Below are positions 15,924 through 24,000 of a stretch of DNA of 24,000 bases, one piece after another. The DNA is from Trichlorobacter lovleyi SZ. Lineage in GTDB: Bacteria > Desulfobacterota > Desulfuromonadia > Geobacterales > Pseudopelobacteraceae. The stretch spans positions 3,748,553 to 3,772,552 of the forward strand of contig NC_010814.1 in assembly GCF_000020385.1 (NCBI RefSeq), in the 5' to 3' direction. How positions within the stretch are numbered: position 1 is the stretch's first letter; every line of letters starts with the position of its first letter. The position numbers and the translations under genes were made by a program. Under the pieces are notes generated by a model. It had not been told where the DNA came from and ran no database searches. It saw only the letters and a program-made list of their open reading frames with translations.

Positions 15924-17639
15924 TTGACTGAAAAACAGGACAATATGACCATCCCCCCCAGCCCTGAAGCCTGGCTGCGCCAGCAGGCCCGCACGGTCAA
16001 AGGCAGCATGCTGGCGGCCATCCTGGCGGCCTTTGGCGGTGGTCTGCTGATCATCCTGCAGGCACGCCTGTTGGCCCTGGTCTGCCAGCGGGTGGTGATT
16101 GAGGGGATCGGGCTGGCACCGCTGCTGCCGTTACTGGCCTGGGTGGGGGCGGTGGCCCTGTTGCGTGGCCTGGCCGCCTACCTGAGCGAACATGCGGCCA
16201 TCAAGGCAGCAGCCCAGGTCAGGCAACAGGTCCGCACCGCCCTGTACCAGCGCTTGTTGCTGCTGCGCCCGACCGGCCTGTCCGGAGAGGTAGGGCCGTT
16301 GACCGAGGCGGTCACTGCCGGGATCGAGGGGCTTGAGGCCTACATTGCCCGCTTCCTGCCCCAGATGGTGTTGGCCGGACTGCTGCCGCTGGCAGTGCTG
16401 CTGGTGGTGCTGCCATCAGAGTGGCGCTCGTCACTGGTGCTGATCTTCTCCGCACCGTTTATCCCGCTCTTGATGGTCCTGATCGGCAAGGGGACCGAGA
16501 CCCTCAACCGCCGCCAGTTCAGCCGGCTTTCCCGCATGGCAGGCCATCTGCTGGACCTGGTGCAGGGGCTGCCGGACCTGAAGATCTTTGGCGCCGCCAA
16601 ACGGGAGGCCGAGCTGGTGGCGCTGGTTTCTGACCAGTACCGCACCGGCACCATGGCCGTGCTACGGGTGGCCTTTCTGTCCGCCTTTACCCTGGAGTTT
16701 TTCTCAACCGTGGGCACGGCGGTGGTGGCAGTCATCATCGGCTTCCGCCTGCTGGCCGGAAACCTGTCGCTGCTGGACGGCCTGTTTGTGCTGCTGCTGG
16801 CCCCGGAGTACTACCTGCCGCTGCGCAATCTGGGGCTGGCCTACCACAGCCGGATGAACGGCATGGCCGCTGCCGAGCGGATCATACCGCTGTTGCAACA
16901 ACCGCTGCCGGATGCTGCAGGCGGCCAGTTGGTTGTACCGTTCAGGGCACCGGAAATCAGCTGTGATTCCGTCAGTTTTCGTTACGGCGGCCAGCGGGGC
17001 GGCGTGCAGGAGGTCTCGCTGACCATCCCTGCCAACAGCATAACCGCCCTGGCCGGTGCCAGCGGCAGCGGCAAATCAACCCTGGCACGTCTGTTGCTGG
17101 GGCTGGCCCGGCCGGAGTCCGGCCAGATCCTGGTAAACAGCGTTGACCTGGCACAACTGGATCAGGCTGCCTGGCGGTCGCAACTGGCCTGGGTGCCGCA
17201 GCAGCCGTTCTTCTTCAGCGCCACGATCCGGGAGAACCTGCTGCTGGGCAGACCCAATGCTGATCAGCAGGCAATCCAGCAGGCCCTTGCGGCAGCAGCT
17301 TTAACAGACGTGATCAAGGCACTGCCGGAAGGGCTGGCTACCCGGCTGGGTGATCGCGGGGCTGGGCTGTCCGGCGGCGAACTGCGACGACTGGCCCTGG
17401 CACGGGTCTTTCTGCGGGATGCCGGGCTGGTGGTGCTGGATGAGCCCACTGCCGGGCTGGATACTGAGAACGAACAGCTGGTGCTGAATGCCGTTGAACA
17501 GCTGGCAGCTGGCCGGACCGTGCTGATCATCAGCCACCGTGAGGCCACCATCAGCCGCTGCCAACAGATTGTAGTGCTGGCCGCAGGCAGGCTGGAGCAG
17601 GTCACCACCTCTCAGGAGTATCTGGAGGTGACCCCGTGA
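15924..17639 (+). CDS. cydD: Thiol-reductant (cysteine/glutathione) ABC exporter subunit CydD
   Basis: IEGLEAYIARFLPQM matches E. coli CydD IDDMHDYYARYLPQM. It has six TM helices and an NBD ([37 protein letters not shown]). The start is TTG 15924 (AAAGGA 6 nt upstream) or ATG 15945. Confidence 0.85.
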   Translation: MTEKQDNMTIPPSPEAWLRQQARTVKGSMLAAILAAFGGGLLIILQARLLALVCQRVVIEGIGLAPLLPLLAWVGAVALLRGLAAYLSEHAAIKAAAQVRQQVRTALYQRLLLLRPTGLSGEVGPLTEAVTAGIEGLEAYIARFLPQMVLAGLLPLAVLLVVLPSEWRSSLVLIFSAPFIPLLMVLIGKGTETLNRRQFSRLSRMAGHLLDLVQGLPDLKIFGAAKREAELVALVSDQYRTGTMAVLRVAFLSAFTLEFFSTVGTAVVAVIIGFRLLAGNLSLLDGLFVLLLAPEYYLPLRNLGLAYHSRMNGMAAAERIIPLLQQPLPDAAGGQLVVPFRAPEISCDSVSFRYGGQRGGVQEVSLTIPANSITALAGASGSGKSTLARLLLGLARPESGQILVNSVDLAQLDQAAWRSQLAWVPQQPFFFSATIRENLLLGRPNADQQAIQQALAAAALTDVIKALPEGLATRLGDRGAGLSGGELRRLALARVFLRDAGLVVLDEPTAGLDTENEQLVLNAVEQLAAGRTVLIISHREATISRCQQIVVLAAGRLEQVTTSQEYLEVTP

Positions 17640-19288
17640 AAGAACTACTGCGGATGCTGAAACCTGCCAGACACCACTGGCGCTGGATGGCTGGCGATAT
17701 CGGGCTGGGGGTGGCGGTCATCGCTGCCAATGCGGCCCTGATGGCGATCTCCGGCTGGTTCATCGCCTCCATGGCCGTGGCCGGGGTTGCTCAAGCCTCC
17801 TTTAACTACTTCTTTGCCTCTGCCTCCATCCGCGCCCTGGCTATTCTGCGGGCTTTGGGCCGCTATGGCGAGCGGCTGGTAAGCCATGAGGCGGCTTTTC
17901 ATATTCTGGCTGAATTGCGGGTCTGGCTGTTCCGGCGCCTGATTCCCCTGGCACCGGCCGGGCTTGAAAGCTACGCCGGCGGCGATCTGGCTGGCAGGCT
18001 GCGGGCTGATGTGGACAGCCTGGAAAACCTCTACCTGCGGATTATTGCACCCCTTGCCACCGGTGGCTTTACGGTCCTGTTGGCAGGGCTGTTTGTGCTG
18101 GTCTGGAGCGGATCAGCAGCTCTGGTACTGGTGGGGTTATTACTGCTGGCCGGCCTGCTGCTGCCGCTGCTGGCACGTCATCTGGCTGCACAGCCGGGCA
18201 AACGTTCAGCAGAACTGGCCGGGGCACTGCGCACCACAGTAACCGAAGGACTGCAGGGCGCAGAAGAACTGCTGCTCTTGGGGGCAACCGATAAGCAGGC
18301 CCAAGCTGTTGAGGCGCTCTCCAGCGGTCTGGTACAGCAACAGGTCCGCTTGGGACAGATCAGCAGCCTGACCCTGGCCGGTGTCACCACCTGCGGTGCC
18401 CTGGCCATGGCCGGTCTGGCCCTGGTCTGCATCCCGCTGGTACAGTCCGGTCAATTGGCAGGCCCCAATCTGGTGATGCTGCTGCTGTTCAGCGCAGCCT
18501 CCTTTGAGGCGGTCGGCCCCCTGGCTCACTCGCTGCAACTAATCCCTGCCACCAGTGAAGCGATCCGCCGGATTCGTGAACTGGCTGATGCACCGATACC
18601 GCTGCCGGAACCGCTGCAGCCGCAGCTACCGGAGTCATGCAGGATCGTACTGGATCAGGTCAGCTGTAGCTATGGTGAAGGCCAGGCAGTACTGAAGCAG
18701 TTCTCGCTGGTCATCAACCCAGGTGAACAGGTGGCGGTGGTGGGCCCCAGCGGCAGCGGCAAGTCCACCCTGATTGAGCTGTTACTCCGCTTCCGCCCCT
18801 ATCAGGGCAGCATCAGCATTGGTGGTTGCGAGCTGCGTGACATATCACCAGACCAGCTTTCCCGACTGGTTGCCGCAGTACCGCAGCAACCGCACCTGTT
18901 TAACAGCACAATCCGGGAAAACATCCTGCTGGGACGCGAGATAATAGATGAACAACTGAGTGCTGTTCTGGCTGACAGTGGCCTTAAGCAGTGGATTGCG
19001 GGTTTGCCGCAGGGACTGGACACCCCGGTGGGTGAGACCGGCAGCGCCGTGTCTGGTGGCGAGGCACGGCGGATCGCCCTGGCCCGTGCCCTGGTCAGCA
19101 ATGCGCCGATTCTGCTGCTGGATGAGCCGACCGAAGGGCTGGATGGCGCTATTGAGCAGTCTGTGGTACAACATCTGAAAGATCGCTTGCAGGGCACGAC
19201 TGTGCTGGTGGTGACCCACCGACCGGCCTGTCTGCAGATGGCTGAACGTATTGTCAAGATTGGAGCAACAAAAGGAGCTGCCACATGA
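17636..19288 (+). CDS. cydC: Thiol-reductant ABC exporter subunit CydC
   Basis: [20 protein letters not shown]...[35 protein letters not shown] closely parallels the E. coli CydC N-terminus. The NBD has [22 protein letters not shown] and [10 protein letters not shown]. The GTG start overlaps the cydD stop (GTGA), with GGAGG 7 nt upstream. Confidence 0.85.
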   Translation: MKELLRMLKPARHHWRWMAGDIGLGVAVIAANAALMAISGWFIASMAVAGVAQASFNYFFASASIRALAILRALGRYGERLVSHEAAFHILAELRVWLFRRLIPLAPAGLESYAGGDLAGRLRADVDSLENLYLRIIAPLATGGFTVLLAGLFVLVWSGSAALVLVGLLLLAGLLLPLLARHLAAQPGKRSAELAGALRTTVTEGLQGAEELLLLGATDKQAQAVEALSSGLVQQQVRLGQISSLTLAGVTTCGALAMAGLALVCIPLVQSGQLAGPNLVMLLLFSAASFEAVGPLAHSLQLIPATSEAIRRIRELADAPIPLPEPLQPQLPESCRIVLDQVSCSYGEGQAVLKQFSLVINPGEQVAVVGPSGSGKSTLIELLLRFRPYQGSISIGGCELRDISPDQLSRLVAAVPQQPHLFNSTIRENILLGREIIDEQLSAVLADSGLKQWIAGLPQGLDTPVGETGSAVSGGEARRIALARALVSNAPILLLDEPTEGLDGAIEQSVVQHLKDRLQGTTVLVVTHRPACLQMAERIVKIGATKGAAT

Positions 19289-19620
19289 GTCTTGCCATCA
19301 ACTGGGTTATTTCCGGCATTGCCATTGTGATTACCGCTTACCTGCTGCCGGGCATACATCTGTCCGGCTTCAAGGCCGCCCTGCTGACAGCACTGGCACT
19401 GGGTCTGATCAATGCCTTTATCAAGCCGGTCCTTTCTTTGCTGACCCTGCCGTTGACGGTCATGACCCTGGGACTGTTCAGTCTGGTGCTGAATGCCCTG
19501 CTGATCATGCTGACCGCCAAGCTGGTGCCCGGTTTTCAGGTGCAGGGCTTTCTCTGGGCAGTGGCGTTCAGTGTTGTGCTGACCATCACCAACTGGATCT
19601 TGAGCATCTTCAAACAATGA
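19285..19620 (+). CDS. Four-TM membrane protein, DUF360 / phage holin family IV-like (YvlD-like)
   Basis: 111 aa and almost entirely hydrophobic: [83 protein letters not shown] lies 7 nt upstream. There are ATGA overlaps with cydC at the 5' end and with the next gene at the 3' end. Confidence 0.75.
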   Translation: MSLAINWVISGIAIVITAYLLPGIHLSGFKAALLTALALGLINAFIKPVLSLLTLPLTVMTLGLFSLVLNALLIMLTAKLVPGFQVQGFLWAVAFSVVLTITNWILSIFKQ

Positions 19621-19940
19621 GCATTGAGATCAACGAAACAGATATCCGGGTGGAGTTCTACCGTGCATCAGGCCCGGGCGGGCAGCACCGCAACACCACC
19701 GATTCAGCGGTGCGGATCAGACACCTGCCGACCGGGATAGTGGTACATGCTGCAGAAAACCGCTCCCAGCTGCGCAATCGTGAAGTGGCTATGGAGCGGC
19801 TGCGGCTGGCGCTGGAGAAACGCAACCGGGTAGAAAAGAAACGGATGGCCACCAAAGTGCCAAAAGGCCAGAAATTGCAGCGGGTTGCGGAAAAACGGAT
19901 GGCAGCGCTACGCAGGAAGATGAGAAAGCCAGAGGATTAG
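19617..19940 (+). CDS. arfB: ArfB/YaeJ-like GGQ-domain peptidyl-tRNA hydrolase (ribosome rescue factor-like)
   Basis: [30 protein letters not shown]...[10 protein letters not shown], followed by a basic C-terminal tail ([37 protein letters not shown]). The track ORF from 19251 is an upstream extension in another frame of the DUF360 gene. Confidence 0.8.
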   Translation: MSIEINETDIRVEFYRASGPGGQHRNTTDSAVRIRHLPTGIVVHAAENRSQLRNREVAMERLRLALEKRNRVEKKRMATKVPKGQKLQRVAEKRMAALRRKMRKPED

Positions 19941-20058
19941 AAAACGTACGAGGAAGGCCGTCTACAAGACGCACGGAGCGCAGCGACTGAGACATACCAT
20001 TCAGGTAGGCAAAGGAGCGAGCACCGCGCAACACAGTAGGCGGCCTCCGCAGAAGTTT

Positions 20059-20316
20059 TCACATCAAGAATGATGCTGCCAGTGCCTGATCAGCCCCCTT
20101 CTCCCGCGTCACCATCTTGTGCCGCTCATCCGCCGGAATCAGGGCAGCCAGGTGCTCACGGGCACTGTCAGGACTGCCGGCAATGGCAGACGCCATTTTG
20201 AAAAGGATCTCAAGGGAAAGCCCGGCACGATGGCCCTCCACCAGCTTGCCTATTTCAGCGCGGCGTTGGTCCTCACTCCAGGTTTTATAGATATCAGCAC
20301 CGATATTTGCGAGCAT
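20059..20316 (-). CDS. Small hypothetical protein (85 aa, predicted all-helical)
   Basis: ATG 20316 is preceded by GAAGGGA. It lies 72 nt downstream of, and on the same strand as, the FliG-M-like gene. I recognise no family. Confidence 0.5.
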   Translation of the reverse strand: MLANIGADIYKTWSEDQRRAEIGKLVEGHRAGLSLEILFKMASAIAGSPDSAREHLAALIPADERHKMVTREKGADQALAASFLM

Positions 20317-20388
20317 GGGATTGTCCCTTCAGGTTTGGTATGAAGTTGCGTTGGTAGCATGAAGAAGCAATGGATGGCAACCGCAAAA

Positions 20389-20607
20389 CTAACGTATCAG
20401 GCGATCCAGCAGCCGGTCAATCTCCTCAACCACGACAGTTGGCAACTGATCAGTCTGCACGATCCGGTTCACCAGATCAGCCTGAATAAAACCGGGCAAC
20501 AGCTTCAGGATCTCTCCGGCATGTTCAGCGGGCAGGCGGGACAAGGCCACTGCAATGGTCTGGGGATGTTCATTCAGCAACTCTTTGGCGGTACGACGGT
20601 AGTCCAT
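20389..20607 (-). CDS. Stand-alone FliG middle-domain-like protein (72 aa)
   Basis: LNEHPQTIAVALSRLPAEHAGEILKLLPGFIQADLVNRIVQTDQLPTVVVEEIDRLL matches the FliG_M pattern EHPQTIA.iLs.L.peqAaevL..Lpe.lqadv..Ria....v....l.eve..L, including the EHPQ motif. AAGGGAG lies 6 nt upstream of ATG 20607. Confidence 0.6.
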   Translation of the reverse strand: MDYRRTAKELLNEHPQTIAVALSRLPAEHAGEILKLLPGFIQADLVNRIVQTDQLPTVVVEEIDRLLDRLIR

Positions 20608-20678
20608 GGCGACTCCCTTGACGGTTTTTCAGATAGTACGACACTGCAGATAAATTGCAACAACAGGATTGGAATAGT

Positions 20679-22463
20679 ATGGCCCTGATTACCCTGCGCG
20701 ACATATCCCTGGCCTTTGGCGGCCCTCCGCTGTTTGACGGCATCAACCTGCAGATCGAACCGGGGGACCGGCTCTGTCTGATGGGCAGAAACGGTACCGG
20801 CAAATCCACCCTGATGAAGCTGATCAGCGGAGATATCCCGCCGGAGGGTGGCGAAGTCATCCGCAGCCAGGGCCTACGGGTGGCGTTGGTCTCCCAGGAG
20901 ATCCCCCAGGAGGTGGCCGGTACGGTCTTTGAGGTGGTGGCACAGCATCCCCATGCTGTAGCCGGTGCTGAGCAATGGGAGCATGAACAACAGGTGGAAC
21001 GGGTGCTGAACCGGCTGCATCTGGAGCCGGAGGCGGAGTTTGCCACCCTCTCCGGCGGCACCAAGCGACGGGTGCTGCTGGCCCGCGCCCTGGTGTCGGC
21101 ACCGGATATCCTGTTGCTGGACGAACCGACCAACCACCTGGATATTGAGACCATCCTCTGGCTGGAGGAGTTTCTGGCCAGAAACATCACCACCTGCATC
21201 TTTGTCACTCACGACCGTGCCTTTGCCCGGCGGCTGGCGAACAGAATTGCCGAGCTGGACCGGGGTAGAATCTATGCCTTCTCCTGCGGCTACGACCAGT
21301 TTGTGGATCGTCGCGAGGCACTTTTGGAGGCGGAAATTACCCGGATGGCCCTGTTTGACAAGAAGCTGGCCCAGGAAGAGGCATGGGTCCGCCAGGGGAT
21401 CAAGGCCCGCCGCACCCGCAATGAAGGCAGGGTCCGGGCACTGAAGGCGTTGCGGGAGGAGTACCGCCAGCGTCGCACCCGTCAGGGTACCGCAACCATC
21501 CGGCTGCAGGAGGCTGAGCGCTCCGGCCGGCTGGTGATTGAGGCGGAACAGGTCAGGTTCAGCTATGGCAACCGGACCGTGATCCGCGACCTCTCCACCA
21601 CCATCATGCGGGGTGACAAGCTGGGGATCATCGGCCCCAACGGCTCCGGCAAGACCACCCTGCTGCGGCTGCTGCTGGGCGAGCTGGAGCCACAGTCCGG
21701 CTCGATCCGGCAGGGCACCCGGCTGGAGGTGCTCTATATGGATCAGATGCGTGACCAGCTTGATCCCCAGAAAAGCGTGGCTGAAAATGTGGGGGAAGGG
21801 AATGACACCCTGGTGATTGGTGGCAAATCACGCCATATTATCGGCTACCTGCAGGACTTTCTATTCTCGCCGGAGCGGGCCCGCTCTCCGGTTTCAATCC
21901 TCTCCGGCGGCGAGCGCAACCGGCTGTTGCTGGCCAAGCTGTTCACCAAACCGGGCAATGTACTGGTGCTGGATGAGCCGACCAACGACCTGGATGCCGA
22001 GACCCTGGAGCTGCTGGAGGACCTGCTGATGGAGTACAGCGGCACCCTGTTGCTGGTCAGCCACGACCGGGAGTTCCTGAACAACGTGGTCAGCTCCACC
22101 CTGGCGATCAACGCTGACGGCACGGTCAAGGAAACGGTGGGCGGCTATGATGACTGGCTGCGGGAACAACAACTTGAGGCTGCCCCGCCTGTTGCAACAA
22201 AGCCGGCTCAGGAAAAGGGCAAACCGCAGAAAGAGCGGCCCCGCAAGCTCTCTTTCAAGGAAGAGCGTGAACTGGAGGGGTTGCCGGAGCGGATCACCAC
22301 CCTTGAGGCGGAACAGGAGCAGATCCACAGCACCCTGGCTGATCCTGAATTCTACAAAAATGCCGGGCCGGAGGTGGCGCGCCTCAACAGCCGTCTGGAA
22401 GAGCTGGATGCCGAACTGCTGGCCGCCTACGGACGCTGGGAAGAGCTGGAGGCGCTGCGATGA
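20679..22463 (+). CDS. uup: ABC-F family ATPase Uup
   Basis: Two NBDs (GRNGTGKSTLMKL / LSGGTKRRVLLARAL / LLDEPTNHLD and GPNGSGKTTLLRL / LSGGERNRLLLAKL / VLDEPTNDLD). The linker KLAQEEAWVRQGIKARRTRNEGRVRALK and HIIGYLQDFLF are near-identical to E. coli Uup. It has a C-terminal coiled coil. ATG 20679 (MALITL) is preferred to the TTG at 20655. Confidence 0.9.
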   Translation: MALITLRDISLAFGGPPLFDGINLQIEPGDRLCLMGRNGTGKSTLMKLISGDIPPEGGEVIRSQGLRVALVSQEIPQEVAGTVFEVVAQHPHAVAGAEQWEHEQQVERVLNRLHLEPEAEFATLSGGTKRRVLLARALVSAPDILLLDEPTNHLDIETILWLEEFLARNITTCIFVTHDRAFARRLANRIAELDRGRIYAFSCGYDQFVDRREALLEAEITRMALFDKKLAQEEAWVRQGIKARRTRNEGRVRALKALREEYRQRRTRQGTATIRLQEAERSGRLVIEAEQVRFSYGNRTVIRDLSTTIMRGDKLGIIGPNGSGKTTLLRLLLGELEPQSGSIRQGTRLEVLYMDQMRDQLDPQKSVAENVGEGNDTLVIGGKSRHIIGYLQDFLFSPERARSPVSILSGGERNRLLLAKLFTKPGNVLVLDEPTNDLDAETLELLEDLLMEYSGTLLLVSHDREFLNNVVSSTLAINADGTVKETVGGYDDWLREQQLEAAPPVATKPAQEKGKPQKERPRKLSFKEERELEGLPERITTLEAEQEQIHSTLADPEFYKNAGPEVARLNSRLEELDAELLAAYGRWEELEALR

Positions 22464-22513
22464 TGGTGCGCCTGTGCAGGCTGTTACAAAATAAAACCTA
22501 CCGGTAACATGAC

Positions 22514-24000
22514 ATGACCCCTGAAGCGAAAGCACGACAGGAAATTGATCAAAAACTCGAACAAGCTGGCTGGGTTGTCCAGGATCTGAAAAAGATCAAC
22601 CTGGGTGCCGGTCCGGGTGTTGTAGTGCGTGAATACCCAACTGATACCGGACCAGCGGATTATCTGCTGTTTGTGGATCGCCAGCCGGTCGGGGTAATCG
22701 AGGCCAAACCGGATAACACCATACTCACCTTTGTGGAAGACCAGACCGAACGCTACGCCCGCAGTACCCTTAAGTGGCGGATAACCTCCACACCACTGCG
22801 CTTCCTGTTTGAAAGCACCGGTCAGGTCATCCATTTTACCGACGGCGCTGACCCATCAGCCCGTGCCCGCGAGATCTTCTATTTTTTCAAGCCGGAACAA
22901 CTTGCCGAATGGCTGCAGCAGCCTGAATCATTCCGTCGTCGCCTCAAGGCACAGATGCCGGAACTGCCGACCCGCAACCTGCGTGATTGCCAGATCAGCG
23001 CGGTGACTGGGCTGGAGAAATCTCTTGCCCAGAACAGGCCCCGCGCCTTGGTGCATATGGCAACCGGCGCTGGCAAAACCTTCACCGCCATTACCTCGGT
23101 CTACCGACTGCTCAAATATGGCGATGCCAAGCGGATTCTTTTCCTGGTTGATACCCGCAACCTGGGGAAACAGGCACATCAGGAGTTCATGGCCTACACC
23201 CCGCCCGACGATGCCCGCAAGTTTACGGAACTATACAATGTACAGCGCCTGAATGGCCCCACCATTGACCCGGCAGCCAAGGTCTGCATCAGCACCATTC
23301 AGCGGATGTACTCCCTCCTTTCTGGTGAACCGATTGATGAGTCTGCCGAGGATGTGCCGCTGGACCAGATTGTCCAAACCGACAAGCAGGCAAAGGTTGT
23401 GAGGTACAACCCGGCTGTACCGGTGGAGACCTTTGATGTCATCATTATTGATGAATGCCACCGCAGCATCTACAACCTCTGGAAACAGGTGCTCGACTAC
23501 TTCGATGCCTTCCTGGTGGGCCTCACCGCCACCCCTGACAAACGCACCTTTGGCTTCTTCAATGAAAATATCGTTGCCGAATACACCTACGAGCAATCGG
23601 TGGCCGATGGCGTGAACGTGGGGTATGACGTCTTTGAGATTGAAACCGAGATCACCAAAAAGGGGGCTGAACTGAAGGCCAAAGAATGGGTGGATCACCG
23701 CGACCGGCAGACCCGCAAGAAACGCTGGGCCGAGGCAGAGGAAGATCTGCTCTACACCGGCAAGGAACTGGACAGGTCGGTGGTAAACATCAGCCAGATC
23801 CGCAAGGTGATCCAGGCCATGAAAACAGCGGTGGAGACGCAGATATTCCCCAGCCGTAACGAGACCCCCAAGACCCTGATCTTTGCCAAGACCGACAGCC
23901 ACGCCGACGACATAATCCAGATCGTGCGCGAGGTCTACAACCAGGGAAACGCCTTCTGTAAAAAAGTCACCTACAAGGCAGAAGAAGACCCGGACAGCAT
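22514..24000 (+). CDS. HsdR-like type I/III restriction enzyme R subunit (N-terminal PD-(D/E)xK nuclease plus DEAD/DEAH helicase), 3'-truncated by the window edge
   Basis: I translated from ATG 22514 by hand; the frame stays open for 495 codons to position 24000. It reads MTPEAKARQEIDQKLEQAGWVVQD...GPADYLLFVDRQPVGVIEAKP (HSDR_N/PD-ExK motif). Helicase motif I is HMATGAGKTFTA, motif II is IIIDECHRS and motif III is LTATP. It is not in the ORF track because no stop falls inside the window. No clear SD precedes the ATG. Confidence 0.85.
   Translation, partial: MTPEAKARQEIDQKLEQAGWVVQDLKKINLGAGPGVVVREYPTDTGPADYLLFVDRQPVGVIEAKPDNTILTFVEDQTERYARSTLKWRITSTPLRFLFESTGQVIHFTDGADPSARAREIFYFFKPEQLAEWLQQPESFRRRLKAQMPELPTRNLRDCQISAVTGLEKSLAQNRPRALVHMATGAGKTFTAITSVYRLLKYGDAKRILFLVDTRNLGKQAHQEFMAYTPPDDARKFTELYNVQRLNGPTIDPAAKVCISTIQRMYSLLSGEPIDESAEDVPLDQIVQTDKQAKVVRYNPAVPVETFDVIIIDECHRSIYNLWKQVLDYFDAFLVGLTATPDKRTFGFFNENIVAEYTYEQSVADGVNVGYDVFEIETEITKKGAELKAKEWVDHRDRQTRKKRWAEAEEDLLYTGKELDRSVVNISQIRKVIQAMKTAVETQIFPSRNETPKTLIFAKTDSHADDIIQIVREVYNQGNAFCKKVTYKAEEDPDS

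Noticed and set aside
17083-17098. Perfect sigma54-type -24/-12 match TGGCAC-GTCTG-TTGCT inside cydD
   Set aside because: It encodes the common ABC-NBD peptide LARLLL immediately after Walker A, so a chance match is likely. There is no downstream gene start within normal distance, since cydC begins about 540 nt later. I note it only in case RpoN ChIP data exist.
14703-19617. Antisense ORFs across rlmI/cydD/cydC, such as 14703-15272, 16340-16738 and 18802-19617, and the 19251-19616 extension of the arfB-like ORF
   Set aside because: These are shadow ORFs of GC-rich genes. The arfB extension lies in another frame of the DUF360 gene, and GGQ-protein homology starts at ATG 19617.
20359-22535. 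ORF 20359-20688 (+) and minus-strand ORFs 20570-21208, 20874-21212 and 21894-22535
   Set aside because: They are antisense to the FliG_M-like gene and to uup respectively, and show no motifs.
22484-23902. Minus-strand ORFs 22484-22834, 22879-23091, 22928-23179 and 23231-23902
   Set aside because: They are shadows of the plus-strand HsdR-like gene, which carries clear nuclease and helicase motifs.
1-24000. Search for CRISPR arrays, rRNA or tRNA genes
   Set aside because: I saw no regularly spaced repeats of 25-40 bp, no rRNA-like conserved blocks and no cloverleaf-compatible sequence. This was a manual scan only, so tRNAscan-SE or Infernal would be needed to be definitive.

Overview
The window looks like a GC-rich Desulfuromonadales/Geobacter-type chromosome; this taxonomic guess comes from gene content and codon style only and is low confidence. 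It has three parts. (1) Positions 1-3300 are a lower-GC mobile segment. Hand counts give 19/60 G+C at 1381-1440 and 32/60 at 2041-2100, against 40/60 in core line 16021-16080. It contains the end of an IS21-like element running off the left edge, about 490 bp with no convincing gene, and a three-gene toxin-antitoxin-chaperone (TAC) module: Gp49/HigB-like toxin, XRE antitoxin and SecB-like chaperone. A P4-type tyrosine integrase follows, whose start lies only about 130 bp from smc. (2) Positions 3350-22463 are housekeeping core: smc, a Roadblock/LC7 gene coupled to ftsY, then zapB-zapA, a candidate 6S RNA and 5-formyl-THF cyclo-ligase. These are followed by rny, a ymdB-like gene, tyrS and a convergent secreted collagen-repeat protein. 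Next comes a chain of abutting or overlapping genes, rlmI-like/cydD/cydC/DUF360 membrane protein/ArfB-like GGQ protein. It ends with two small minus-strand genes, one a stand-alone FliG-middle-domain mimic, and uup. (3) From 22514 to the right edge runs an open-ended HsdR-like PD-(D/E)xK nuclease plus DEAD/DEAH helicase gene. It is missing from the ORF track because it has no stop in the window, and it probably marks the start of a restriction/defence locus. No rRNA, tRNA or CRISPR array was seen. Most other track ORFs are antisense or alternate-frame shadows typical of GC-rich coding DNA.
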